Assembly (NCBI GenBank): GCA_963675525.2
Contig: CAXXSL010000001.1
Span: 128,001 to 192,000, forward strand
Source of the DNA: Anaerohalosphaeraceae bacterium
Lineage (GTDB): Bacteria; Planctomycetota; Phycisphaerae; Sedimentisphaerales; Anaerohalosphaeraceae
Direction of reading: 5' to 3'
Length of the DNA stretch: 64,000 nt
Shown here piece after piece: positions 1-9,877 of the stretch. The notes beneath the pieces were generated by a model. The model was not told the origin of the DNA, did not search any database, and saw nothing but the letters and a program-made list of their open reading frames with translations. The position numbers and the translations under genes were made by a program. The first letter of the stretch is position 1. The number at the start of each line of letters is the position of its first letter.

Positions 1-1272
1 TGAGAAGTTATATTCCACGGCTGAAAGGGTAATTGTTTCAAAGTAAAATTGGTCATTCTGGAAATCAATGCCCTGAGTCCAGGTTTTCAGAGTGATCCAC
101 TGTGACCCGTCCCAGAAATCGAGCCTGAAGTTCTCGCTTGTATTATCCATTGAGACGGGCATATACCAGAAATCGATTTTAATTTCCGAATACCCCGATG
201 CGTCGACAGCGTTGGTTAGATGGAATGACGATTCAGTGCCATGACCGTCTTGTATATTCGCCGTATTATTTCCCTGATGGGCAAAGTCTGTACCTGTATA
301 AAATGAACAGTCTTCGCCGCCGGGAGTATAATTGCCCCATCCTGACTCGAAATCGTCATACGCCAATGAGGTCCATTGAGGAAGGTCATTGACGGTGATT
401 GATACGCGCTGGAAGGCCACTCCACCGTTTCCATCAAGAACAACAAAGAGCAGCAGATATGTTTGGGCTTGCTGGTCTGTCGGTGTCCAGGTGAATGTTT
501 GATCGGTAAAGTCCGCTCCGGACGGCAATCTCAGGGCACGGTAGGTTAATGGGTCTCCGTCGGAATCGGTAGCTGAAACCGTAAAGCTTAGTGTTTCTGT
601 TTCAGTGACGGTCTGATCAGGGATGAAATCCAGTACAGGGGCACTGTTTGGATTGCCGACCACAAAGTGTAATGCCACAGGGGCGGTTGCGTTTGTGACA
701 GACTGAATGGTTAAATTCAGGCTGATTGCGCCGACTGATACGCCATCACAATCCAGTCCAAAACCAAAGGAACGTCCGGTTCCGGCATAATCCAACAGGG
801 TCAGCAGGGATGAACTGAATTTGATGATTGTGTTGTCAGCCAGTGTGATGACAGGGGGGGTATCGAAAACATTCCAGACCCATGACCGGGTGTCATTAAC
901 TTGATTTAGGTCTATTATGATGTCTCGGGGTGTGGTGCTAAGTTCAGAAACCCCAATCTCATACAGCAATGCCCCGTATCCGTCAAAATAATTACCTAGC
1001 TGTGAATCCGCTATCTCTTCCAGATCGAGATTCGGATTATCAAGGAGTTGTATAAAGAGTCCCATCTCCGGATCGTTGTGCATGAGACTGACATTATGCA
1101 GCGTCAGGACGGCGCTTGTAATAATGCTGCCGTGAGGAATTGGAAGTGAATTGTTTGAAATCCCCCATGTACAGGCGTTTTCGTCGTTAATGAGTTGTGC
1201 GCAAGCAGAAGGCGCTGCCACTTGCATGGCAACGCACGCTGCCAATATCAATATCCAACAATCTTTTTTCAT
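1..1272 (-). CDS. Secreted multidomain protein (signal peptide, Ig/cadherin-like domain, jelly-roll-like domain); runs off the left window edge
   Basis: Not in the ORF track because there is no stop in the window. Read by hand from ATG at 1272 (MKKDCWILILAACVAMQVAAPSACAQ). The same frame gives NSAPVLDFIPDQTVTETETLSFTVSATDSDGDPLTY...FTWTPTDQQAQTY (Ig-like) and YDDFESGWGNY...FRLDFWDGSQW, open to base 1. Confidence 0.8.
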   Translation of the reverse strand, partial: MKKDCWILILAACVAMQVAAPSACAQLINDENACTWGISNNSLPIPHGSIITSAVLTLHNVSLMHNDPEMGLFIQLLDNPNLDLEEIADSQLGNYFDGYGALLYEIGVSELSTTPRDIIIDLNQVNDTRSWVWNVFDTPPVITLADNTIIKFSSSLLTLLDYAGTGRSFGFGLDCDGVSVGAISLNLTIQSVTNATAPVALHFVVGNPNSAPVLDFIPDQTVTETETLSFTVSATDSDGDPLTYRALRLPSGADFTDQTFTWTPTDQQAQTYLLLFVVLDGNGGVAFQRVSITVNDLPQWTSLAYDDFESGWGNYTPGGEDCSFYTGTDFAHQGNNTANIQDGHGTESSFHLTNAVDASGYSEIKIDFWYMPVSMDNTSENFRLDFWDGSQWITLKTWTQGIDFQNDQFYFETITLSAVEYNFS

Positions 1273-1578
1273 CACTCTCTCTGTCTTCTTGTGTTAATCC
1301 ATTAATAAGCTATATTCTGGCTCTCATACCTGACGCGAGAAAAAGCATTCGTTAGAAGTAATTGATAGCGAATCATTCCTAAGAAGACATCCTAGCACAC
1401 GATATCTTGATAACTGTTTGTTCGTCTGATTCCATCCGGCGAAAACAGAAATTTGATAGTTTCCAGCCTGCCCATAAAATGGGGTCCAGGTAACTAGTTT
1501 TTCCATTTCTCCATCAAATGACGGCACCAAGGTGGCAAATTCTGTGACTGATATTTATAGGGAATGACATTGATTGAT

Positions 1579-4500
1579 CTAGATCTCTGACGACGATCGT
1601 AAGTCGTTTTGCATCTCTTTTATTTCCAGTGTGTTAGACAGGGTCGTTATTTCTTGAGCGGAAAGAGCCCGGTTGTAAATCTGGACGTCATCCACGAAGC
1701 CGTTAAATCCCAAATCTAGTGAACGATATGCATCCGCTCCCACGTTGGCGATATCTGCGGTCGCCGCAAGGGCGGTCAGTCCGGAGAATGTTCCTGAGAT
1801 CTTTTGTTCGCCTTCGAGATAAACGGCGTATTCTGTTCCGTTCCAGGTCAGGGCGACATGCTGCATCACACCGGATTCAAGAGTATCTGTGGCAAGTTGG
1901 TTGGCATCGCCAACTTCAACGCCCAGACGCCCATCCGCTGTATAGAGGAGAATTCTATTGTTGCCGGCAGGGCTATGTCCAAATAGGACCTGATGGCCGA
2001 CCGTTGTTTCTGGTTGCACCCAAAGGGCAACTGTGCCCGCCTCGGCCTGCATGGAATCACAACTGATCTGTACAGCCTGATTAGTGCCGTTGAATAGCAG
2101 CCAACCTTCTCGACCATCTTTGTATGAATCACCCCATTCGGGAGCCGCAATGACGCTTGCATCTTGACTATAACCAGAGCGGTCTTTAACGAGAGTCTTA
2201 TCGAAATTAGGGTATGATTGATCTGTGATATTCAATGAGTTAATCAACCCATAATCTCTACCAAGTTCAGTAAGACTTGAAATTTCCTCGCTTGTCAGAG
2301 CTCTGTTATAAATTCTCATGGAATCGATTTCACCATCAAAAGCACGCTGCATATCATAGTAGCGAATGCCGATTACAAGCGGACTTGATTCAGAATCAAC
2401 AGGGTTCTCTGAATAAGCCGTTTGTCCTGAAAGAATTCCATTGATATAAAAACTTACTTGTCCGGTGTTTTCGTCATATGTGACAGCGACATGCTGCCAT
2501 TGATTCAATAGAAGAATATTTGGATTGGAGAAAGCCAGACTTCCCCCATAAACCGTATATCCAAGATTATTGTTTGCGGCATTAACAAAAAACGTAAATC
2601 CCGTATTCGATGTCCCTTTGTCGATAATTCTGCCGTAACCTGCTTGGCCGAAACTTTGAGGCGAAATCCATGCAGAAAGCGTCAAATCCCCTGTAAGATT
2701 CAATGTTGAATCGTTGCTGCAAGTGATGTAATCATTAGTTCCATCTAATAGTATAGTACCTTGATTCCATTGGGGATGGTTAACAAGGGTCGCCGTATTT
2801 GCTCCACCAGAGTGGTCAACTGAGATCTCCCCGTAATTTTCATTAAATCGCCAATCCCCAATAAGACCTGTTGTGACATCACTCGAAGAGTTCTGTGGAG
2901 GTTGCACGTCTTGTTCAACGGTAACAGTAACTGTAGCGGAGGAGGTTCCACCGTTGCCATCTGATACGGTATAGGCAAATGAATCCATGCCGATGTAACC
3001 CACTGTGGGGATATAGTTGATCTTGGTATTGCTGTCAATTCTTGTTGCCGTACCATGACTTGGTACAGTGACACTTGCAATAGTTAAGTTATCCCCGTCA
3101 GAGTCACTATCATTTGACAATACCGTCAAAGAATTGGCGGTACTATTGTTTTCGATACTGAAGGAGTCATTCGCGGCGATTGGGACACGGTTTTCAGTTG
3201 AGCCGGGATTATATTCATATGCACCTATTGAAGGTGTTGTGTTCCAGCGATTTCCGTTCTTGTCTTTTGTGAAATCAAAACTGGGAAATAGCGATGTTAC
3301 GCCTATTGATGCTAAGTCGGAGATGACTGAAATCCCTGAACCAATGGCTGGACTGCCTAACTTTAATTGCCAGTTTCTTGCTGTGGTAAGCACTGGATTT
3401 ACAAAAATATCTTCATTTGAGAGATTTGTGCCGTCAATATCTCCAACCTCCTTCGTGCCCGCAAGATAAAGGTTATGAGATTGGGTCAGGTTGCCGCCAA
3501 CAACAATGGCGTCACCGTATGTGATATTATTTCTTATATAACCGTCGCCGGATGTTAAAAACCTCAAAGCAGTGTCACCCTGAGGTGACGCCGAAGAAAT
3601 AATTGTGTTATTAACAACAACGTGATAATCAGTGCCTGTTGACCAGTGTGTCATTACATAGTATGAACCACCGATCAAGACATTGTTTGCGACGACCAGT
3701 TTTTGCTGATTGTGGAAAGTTAAAGCGTAGTTATTTGCAAACTCTACGATATTGTTTGCAACGAGAACGCTTTTATTGGAGCCCGCATCGCCGTATATTG
3801 CGATTCCGTTTCCGTGAACACTTGCAGGTTCCGAAATATTATTTCCAATAACTTGATAGTTATCACCGCCGGAGGCATAAACACAAGTTCCCACTGTTCG
3901 ACTGATTGTGCAATTTTGTACAGTTGTGTCATTGGCTCCCAATAAATTAAAACCAAAATAATCATAATTTCTTACGGTGCAATTATCAATAACAAGGTCA
4001 TATATCCCATATGAATATATGGCGCTGCTTGCGCTATTTGCACCAGCGCTATTTTCAAAAACGCAATCTTTGATAAGATACCCGCCAGATTCACGTCCGG
4101 CGTATTGCACATCTCCATTAAGGTGGATGCCGCCTCTATACCCACGAATTTTGAAGCCTTCAATATGGATATTTTCTCTGAAGCCACCTGTCGCTCCACC
4201 TTTCCACTTAATAAAAAAGGCCTCGCCTCTGGTTCCTGCATACCCTATATTTCCGTTCAGCAAATTATTAATGTCTATTGGCCAGTAATAGATTGTAATA
4301 TTACCATTACTGTCCATAACTTTGGTGTGGTAGTACTCCCCAGGTTGTGTAACAAGGTGGGGATGGTTATTAATTGAATAAGCATCACTTTGGCCTGTTG
4401 CACCGTTTGGAAGAACAGGCGAAACATATAAACGATGGGTGTCGGGGTCAAACTCGGTAATTGAGACTGTGCCGATCTTATTTCCGCCGGAAAGATGTCT

Positions 4501-5184
4501 TCGGGTTAACCATGAGCCGTTCCAGTATGAGCTTAATTGCTCATTGCTTAGACCGTTTATCCAAGGATACCAATAAGAATTTGAATTGGTCCTGTCAAGA
4601 TTAGTTGAATCTTGAATGTAAGTGTCAACTCCGTATGATTCAGGCAAAAGAGGTTCCAGTTCGCTTATTTTAATTATAAAATTATCTGTTTGCTGGGGCC
4701 ATCTACCTATTTTTGCTAATTCACCATTTTCGAAAAGCACGACTCTCGAAAAACCTGGTTCTCGTAATTTATCAAAATCATTGAATACCTTAATATCTGT
4801 TTTGTAAATTGAAGTTGCTTGTGGATGAGTGACTCCGTTAACCGTAAGACCGGGTTCATCAGGAGCACATTGAGTCCACTGGGTTAAGGAAACTGTTCCA
4901 TCTAAAACTGGCATTTCATTAGGATATGCTTTTATTGTAATCGGGTTGTCTTTGGTTCCATTAACGGTGATGATTACTTCTTCGGGATATGTTCCCCCTC
5001 TGACAAGTAACGTGTCGCCAGGTAAAAGAAATGATTGGCCTTTTTGAATTGTCTTCCATGGGCTAATGATTGAACCGTTACCGGTCATGTCATTACCGGT
5101 TGTCGCAACATAATATGTTGCTGCCTCAAGTGTAAAACCTATGAGACTCAGAAAAGCAATAATCAAAAACCTTTTAATACTCAT
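1579..5184 (-). CDS. Secreted right-handed beta-helix (pectate-lyase-like) protein with a cadherin/Big_9-like domain and two LamG domains; C-terminus probably cut short by frameshifts
   Basis: Signal peptide; YYVATTGND...PWKTIQKG...PGDTLLVRGGTY start; beta-helix repeats; PIAANDS...VLSNDSDSDGD...DSFAYTVSDG; two LamG motifs (WQHVAVTY...FDGEIDSMRIYNRALT; FNGFVDDVQIYNRALS). Confidence 0.8.
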   Translation of the reverse strand: MSIKRFLIIAFLSLIGFTLEAATYYVATTGNDMTGNGSIISPWKTIQKGQSFLLPGDTLLVRGGTYPEEVIITVNGTKDNPITIKAYPNEMPVLDGTVSLTQWTQCAPDEPGLTVNGVTHPQATSIYKTDIKVFNDFDKLREPGFSRVVLFENGELAKIGRWPQQTDNFIIKISELEPLLPESYGVDTYIQDSTNLDRTNSNSYWYPWINGLSNEQLSSYWNGSWLTRRHLSGGNKIGTVSITEFDPDTHRLYVSPVLPNGATGQSDAYSINNHPHLVTQPGEYYHTKVMDSNGNITIYYWPIDINNLLNGNIGYAGTRGEAFFIKWKGGATGGFRENIHIEGFKIRGYRGGIHLNGDVQYAGRESGGYLIKDCVFENSAGANSASSAIYSYGIYDLVIDNCTVRNYDYFGFNLLGANDTTVQNCTISRTVGTCVYASGGDNYQVIGNNISEPASVHGNGIAIYGDAGSNKSVLVANNIVEFANNYALTFHNQQKLVVANNVLIGGSYYVMTHWSTGTDYHVVVNNTIISSASPQGDTALRFLTSGDGYIRNNITYGDAIVVGGNLTQSHNLYLAGTKEVGDIDGTNLSNEDIFVNPVLTTARNWQLKLGSPAIGSGISVISDLASIGVTSLFPSFDFTKDKNGNRWNTTPSIGAYEYNPGSTENRVPIAANDSFSIENNSTANSLTVLSNDSDSDGDNLTIASVTVPSHGTATRIDSNTKINYIPTVGYIGMDSFAYTVSDGNGGTSSATVTVTVEQDVQPPQNSSSDVTTGLIGDWRFNENYGEISVDHSGGANTATLVNHPQWNQGTILLDGTNDYITCSNDSTLNLTGDLTLSAWISPQSFGQAGYGRIIDKGTSNTGFTFFVNAANNNLGYTVYGGSLAFSNPNILLLNQWQHVAVTYDENTGQVSFYINGILSGQTAYSENPVDSESSPLVIGIRYYDMQRAFDGEIDSMRIYNRALTSEEISSLTELGRDYGLINSLNITDQSYPNFDKTLVKDRSGYSQDASVIAAPEWGDSYKDGREGWLLFNGTNQAVQISCDSMQAEAGTVALWVQPETTVGHQVLFGHSPAGNNRILLYTADGRLGVEVGDANQLATDTLESGVMQHVALTWNGTEYAVYLEGEQKISGTFSGLTALAATADIANVGADAYRSLDLGFNGFVDDVQIYNRALSAQEITTLSNTLEIKEMQNDLRSSSEI

Positions 5185-5758
5185 TGAATTAACTCCATTT
5201 TAATTACATACTTTGCCGTATTTCACGGAATCCATTTGCTAATCGTATGTTTTTGACAAGAATCTTTAGTCAACCCACATAAAAATATAAAAAACAAAAA
5301 CGTAACACGCGAGGAATTATTGTAAATTCCTGAGTTTTTAGTGTTAACATCATTATTTTATTAGAGTTATGGTTATTGGAACAGGCCGATGGATTTGATT
5401 GGGAAACAACCTTGAAGACCCCCGGCTTATTCAAAACAAAACAAACAGAACTCGGTCCAGATTTCAAAAACGATAAAAGTCGCCTAGTCCGATAAAACTG
5501 AGTGGTTTTGTTAAGCGATAAAATAAAACGAGCAGAAATAAATAATAATGGCTTAATATATAAATAATTATTATAACCGCTCAGAACAACAATATAGTGA
5601 TTTCCCCTCGCTGATAGTTCCATAATACCAAGCCATTCTCCTTTTTCAATGGAGAAAATAATTAATTTCATTATTTTTTTTGGGTGTGGAAGCAAGATTT
5701 TTTATAAATTCTCTTTTTATTTCAGAGTTCAAAAAACCGATAATAGCCTTAGAAATCA

Positions 5759-5786
5759 TTGACTGTCATGAAGGTAATGATACAAT
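5759..5786 (+). promoter_or_regulatory. Candidate sigma70-type promoter for the polysaccharide locus
   Basis: TTGACT-N16-TACAAT with a TGn extension, in the AT-rich divergent intergenic region about 145 bp upstream of the first gene. Confidence 0.4.
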
Positions 5787-5931
5787 GTAACAGATAAATT
5801 GTATAGAGAGAGTCAATATATTTGGTTGTTTTGGGCTCTGTAATGTATATTTACATCGCTCAAGGGGACGGAGTCTGCTTGGTGACAGTGAAAAACAAAA
5901 AACTCAAATATAATTGTGGTTTCTAAAAGCT

Positions 5932-6342
5932 ATGGCTGATAATAAACCCATAATCATAGATTTACCCAAGATTGAGGATCCTCGGGGTAATCTTTCATTT
6001 ATTGAAGAAGAAAGCCACGTTCCATTCAAGGTGGCTCGGGCATACTGGATTTATGATGTTCCAGGCGGGCAGGTTCGAGGCGAACATGCTTTTAAGGAGC
6101 AGCAGGAGTTTATTGTCGCCTTGTCAGGCAGTTTTGATGTCGTGATCGATGACGGCCAGGCCCAAGAGAGGTTTCATCTGAATCGTTCTTATTTCGGGCT
6201 TTATATTCCTCCGGGATATTGGCGGAAAATGGACAACTTCTCAACCAATTCACTGGCTGTCGTTTTGAGTTCCACACATTATGAAGAAAAGGATTATATC
6301 CGCGATTATGAACAGTTTCTTCAGTACAGAAAACAGATCTAA
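5932..6342 (+). CDS. FdtA/QdtA-family cupin (dTDP-4-keto-6-deoxyhexose 3,4-ketoisomerase)
   Basis: DPRGNLSFIE, RAYWIYDVPGGQVRGEHA, LVLSS-like stretch, DYIRDY. Start moved to ATG 5932. Confidence 0.85.
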   Translation: MADNKPIIIDLPKIEDPRGNLSFIEEESHVPFKVARAYWIYDVPGGQVRGEHAFKEQQEFIVALSGSFDVVIDDGQAQERFHLNRSYFGLYIPPGYWRKMDNFSTNSLAVVLSSTHYEEKDYIRDYEQFLQYRKQI

Positions 6343-6751
6343 TACGATCTACGATTGTGTTGTATTACCCTTAAGCAAAATATATAACAGGGCGGGAAAT
6401 CTTACGGTTATTGAGGGTGGGATCAATGTGCCTTTTTCGATTCGTCGTATTTATTATTTGTACGATATTCCCGGCGGAGAGACTCGGGGAGGGCATGCTC
6501 ATCACAAATTATATCAGCTTATTATTGCTGCCGGCGGCAGTTTTGATGTGTTGCTTGATGATGGTGTCAACCAGAAGGTTGTGACATTGAACCGCCCGAA
6601 CTATGGTCTGTTGGTGGTTCCCGGAATATGGAGGGAGTTGCTGGAGTTCTCGTCGGGGTCGGTTTGTTTGGTTTTGGCGTCTGAAAAATATGACGAAACG
6701 GATTATATCAGGGATTATGCTAAATTCAAGGAATTCAAATGCAAGGCGTGA
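6308..6751 (+). CDS. Second FdtA/QdtA-family cupin
   Basis: RAGNLTVIE, RIYYLYDIPGGETRGGHAH, CLVLASEKYDETDYIRDY. Start uncertain; overlaps the previous gene. Confidence 0.8.
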   Translation: MNSFFSTENRSNTIYDCVVLPLSKIYNRAGNLTVIEGGINVPFSIRRIYYLYDIPGGETRGGHAHHKLYQLIIAAGGSFDVLLDDGVNQKVVTLNRPNYGLLVVPGIWRELLEFSSGSVCLVLASEKYDETDYIRDYAKFKEFKCKA

Positions 6752-8073
6752 TGATTCACCCAACGGCTGAAGTGCAGACAAAGCATATAGGCGAAGGATC
6801 CTGTGTGTGGCAGTATTGTGTGGTTTTAGAAGGCGCCAGGATCGGGAAGAAGTGTAACCTCAATTGCCATGTGTTTGTTGAAAATGATGTTGTATTGGGT
6901 AATAATGTGACCATTAAGTCAGGTGTGCAGTTATGGGATGGATTACGAATAGAAGATGATGTGTTTGTGGGGCCGAATGTAACATTCACAAATGACTTAA
7001 GACCTCGCTCTGGCAGACATTTACAGAGATATTTGCAAACAACACTTAAAAAGGGTGCAAGCATTGGAGCCAAATCAGTAATTGTTGGCAGCAAGACAAT
7101 TGGTCGTTATGCAATGGTTGGCGCAGGAAGTGTTGTAACACATGATATTCCCGACAATACTTTATGGTACGGTAATCCCGCAAGATTCAAAGGATATATA
7201 TGTACATGCGGAAATAAGCTGGATGATGAACAATGGTGTGAGAGATGCAAGAAGAAACTGGATATAGATAGAACGTTAACCATTTCCAGTCAAGTGCAGG
7301 GATTAGCCGTTTCAGATCGAAGAATGGATATTCTTGGCAGGATATCCAAAAAAAGCACGATCTATGAAAATGTCAAACTCGGGAAAGATGTTACAATTTG
7401 TGACGATGCTGTTATTTACAGCAATGTTGAGATTGGAGACGGTTCCTTTATTGGGCAGGGCTGTATTATTGGAGAGCCCCTTGCTGAATTTTATAGCAAT
7501 CGAACAGGTTACGAAAACCCAGCGCTTATAATAGGTAAAAATTCTATTATTCGCAGCCATAGTATACTATATGCGGGTTCAACGATAGGGGAATTTTTTC
7601 ATACAGGTCACAAGGTTGCGATTCGCGAAGGAAGCCAATTCGGGAAAAACTGTTCCGTTGGAACTTATAGCGATATCCAAGGGCATGTCAAGGTAGGGGA
7701 TTATTGTCGTTTTCATAGCAGTGTGCATATCAGTCAGCATACTTTGATTGGAAGTTATGTATTCATTTTCCCGAATGCTGTTTTGACGAATGATCCGCAC
7801 CCGCCTTCGACTTGCATCAAGGGTCCTATCCTGGAGGATTATTGTATTATCAGTGCCGGCGCAATTTTGATGCCTGGTATTACCATCGGAAAGGACAGTA
7901 TTGTCGGAGCAAACTCTCTTGCCAGTAAAGATGTTCCACCTGAATCAGTGGTTATGGGGGTACCGGCTCGTCGAATCTGCTCAATCCATGACATCAAATG
8001 CCAGAATGGATGTGTCGAGAAGCCTTACCCGTGGCGGGATCATTTTTCACGAGGTATGCCTTGGGGGACGTGA
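6739..8073 (+). CDS. Double left-handed beta-helix sugar N-acyltransferase (WxcM/FdtC-like N-half fused to QdtC-like C-half)
   Basis: Hexapeptide repeats in both halves; FVGPNVTFTND and YGNPAR in half 1; CTCG...CERC linker; HTGHKVAIRE, VLTNDPHPPS and YPWRDHFSRGMPW in half 2. Confidence 0.8.
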   Translation: MQGVMIHPTAEVQTKHIGEGSCVWQYCVVLEGARIGKKCNLNCHVFVENDVVLGNNVTIKSGVQLWDGLRIEDDVFVGPNVTFTNDLRPRSGRHLQRYLQTTLKKGASIGAKSVIVGSKTIGRYAMVGAGSVVTHDIPDNTLWYGNPARFKGYICTCGNKLDDEQWCERCKKKLDIDRTLTISSQVQGLAVSDRRMDILGRISKKSTIYENVKLGKDVTICDDAVIYSNVEIGDGSFIGQGCIIGEPLAEFYSNRTGYENPALIIGKNSIIRSHSILYAGSTIGEFFHTGHKVAIREGSQFGKNCSVGTYSDIQGHVKVGDYCRFHSSVHISQHTLIGSYVFIFPNAVLTNDPHPPSTCIKGPILEDYCIISAGAILMPGITIGKDSIVGANSLASKDVPPESVVMGVPARRICSIHDIKCQNGCVEKPYPWRDHFSRGMPWGT

Positions 8074-8114
8074 TTATTGATCGTTAAGCAGGGATTTATC
8101 AGGAGTAAGAAGAC

Positions 8115-9242
8115 TTGTCTTGTACAATTAATTTTCTTGATTTATTAAAGATTAACAAAAGCTATGAGCCGCAATTAAGTAAAGCTGTCCAGCGTGTCAT
8201 TCATTCCGGATGGTATTTGCAGGGCAGTGAGCTTGAGGCTTTCGAAAATGAATATGCCCGTTATATTGGCACCCGATATTGTATCGGTTTGGCAAATGGC
8301 TTGGATGCCTTGCGGCTGATTTTAAAGGCCTATATCGAAATGGGAGTGATGGCCGAAGGTGACGAAGTCATTGTCCCGGCCAACACCTACATTGCCAGCA
8401 TTCTGGCGATTACCGACAACCGGCTTAAACCGGTTTTAGTTGAGCCGGATATTCATACATATAATATCGACCAATCTTTGATTGAAGAAAAGATTACAGA
8501 TCGTACAAGGGCAATTATGGTCGTTCATCTATACGGGCGGAATGCGATGTGCCCGGAGATTCAGAAACTGGCTGAAAAATATAATCTGAAGTTGATCGAA
8601 GACAATGCTCAGGCCCAGGGGTGTTATTGCGACCATAGAAAAACGGGATCATTGGGACATGCCGCTGGGAATAGTTTTTATCCGGGCAAGAACCTGGGGG
8701 CACTTGGTGATGCCGGTGCTGTTACAACGGATGATGAAAAACTGGCAGAAGTCGTGAGAGCCTTAGGAAATTACGGTTCTTCAAAAAAATATGTGAATGA
8801 TTATCAGGGGTTGAATTCCCGGCTCGATGAGATCCAGGCTGCAGTGCTGCGAGTTAAGTTGACCAGATTAGACGAGGATAATCAAAAACGGCGGAATATA
8901 GCAGCTTTTTACAAACAACAGATCAAACATTCGGAGATGATTCTTCCGCAGACGGGGCAGGATTGGAACTCTGTCCGGGAAGACAATAATCATGTTTGGC
9001 ATTTATTTGTCTTGCGGCATAAACAACGTGATATACTGCAGGACTATTTGAAAGAAAACGGGGTTCAAACGCTGATTCATTATCCGATTGCCCCACACAA
9101 GCAAAAAGCTTATCGGGGTTGGAATCACATGACCTTTCCGGTGACCGAACAAATTCACAAAGAAGTCCTTAGCTTGCCGATCAGTCCGGTATTGACAGTT
9201 GATGAAGCGAGCAGGGTCTCTGAGCTCATTAATATGTTTTAG
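8115..9242 (+). CDS. DegT/DnrJ/EryC1/StrS PLP aminotransferase (FdtB/QdtB-like)
   Basis: [50 protein letters not shown]. Confidence 0.9.
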   Translation: MSCTINFLDLLKINKSYEPQLSKAVQRVIHSGWYLQGSELEAFENEYARYIGTRYCIGLANGLDALRLILKAYIEMGVMAEGDEVIVPANTYIASILAITDNRLKPVLVEPDIHTYNIDQSLIEEKITDRTRAIMVVHLYGRNAMCPEIQKLAEKYNLKLIEDNAQAQGCYCDHRKTGSLGHAAGNSFYPGKNLGALGDAGAVTTDDEKLAEVVRALGNYGSSKKYVNDYQGLNSRLDEIQAAVLRVKLTRLDEDNQKRRNIAAFYKQQIKHSEMILPQTGQDWNSVREDNNHVWHLFVLRHKQRDILQDYLKENGVQTLIHYPIAPHKQKAYRGWNHMTFPVTEQIHKEVLSLPISPVLTVDEASRVSELINMF

Positions 9243-9279
9243 GGTGGATGAGTGACATGCGATTATATGGGAGCATTTC

Positions 9280-9723
9280 ATGATTATTGATCATGTGGGG
9301 ATTGCGGTAAGGTCTCTAACGGAGGGAATAGAGCATTGGAAAAAAGTTTTTGGCTACGAGCAAGCCACTGAGATTGTGGTTAATACGAGACAAAAGGTTA
9401 AAGTCGTCTTCCTGGAGAAAAAGGATTCTTTGACCATTAAATTGATAGAGCCGCTTGATGAAACATCTCCAGTGTTTGAATTTGCCAAAAAAGGGGGTGG
9501 GTTGCATCACTTGTGTTTTAAATGTGATGACATGAAATATGAGCTTGAACAGTTAAAAGCGATGGGGCTTAGGACTTTAGCTGCTCCCCAACCGGGAGAG
9601 GCTTTTGAGAATGAAAATATTGCTTTTGTTTACGCCAAACAAGGCCTGAATATCGAACTTATTGATACCGACAAAAAGGCCAAGCGACTGAATATAGACT
9701 CATTTCCTGATACAAACGTATAA
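9280..9723 (+). CDS. VOC-family protein (methylmalonyl-CoA epimerase-like)
   Basis: IDHVGIAV, LIEPL, GGGLHHLCF, IELI motifs. Confidence 0.8.
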   Translation: MIIDHVGIAVRSLTEGIEHWKKVFGYEQATEIVVNTRQKVKVVFLEKKDSLTIKLIEPLDETSPVFEFAKKGGGLHHLCFKCDDMKYELEQLKAMGLRTLAAPQPGEAFENENIAFVYAKQGLNIELIDTDKKAKRLNIDSFPDTNV

Positions 9724-9877
9724 TCAAAAAATGTGTCAAGGATGAAGAGGGCAATGTTTTTCTGTCATTGAAGGAGCCTATCAATAAATTTTATGTCTTC
9801 CGATAAAGCGCGGGATTAAAAAACATGTGAACCGGTCGGTTAATACTTTTAAATGCAATAATTGATATTATTTTTAT

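Noticed and set aside
5270..5695. 141 aa minus-strand ORF in the divergent intergenic region
   Set aside because: AT-rich with no recognisable motif or SD; more likely promoter DNA.
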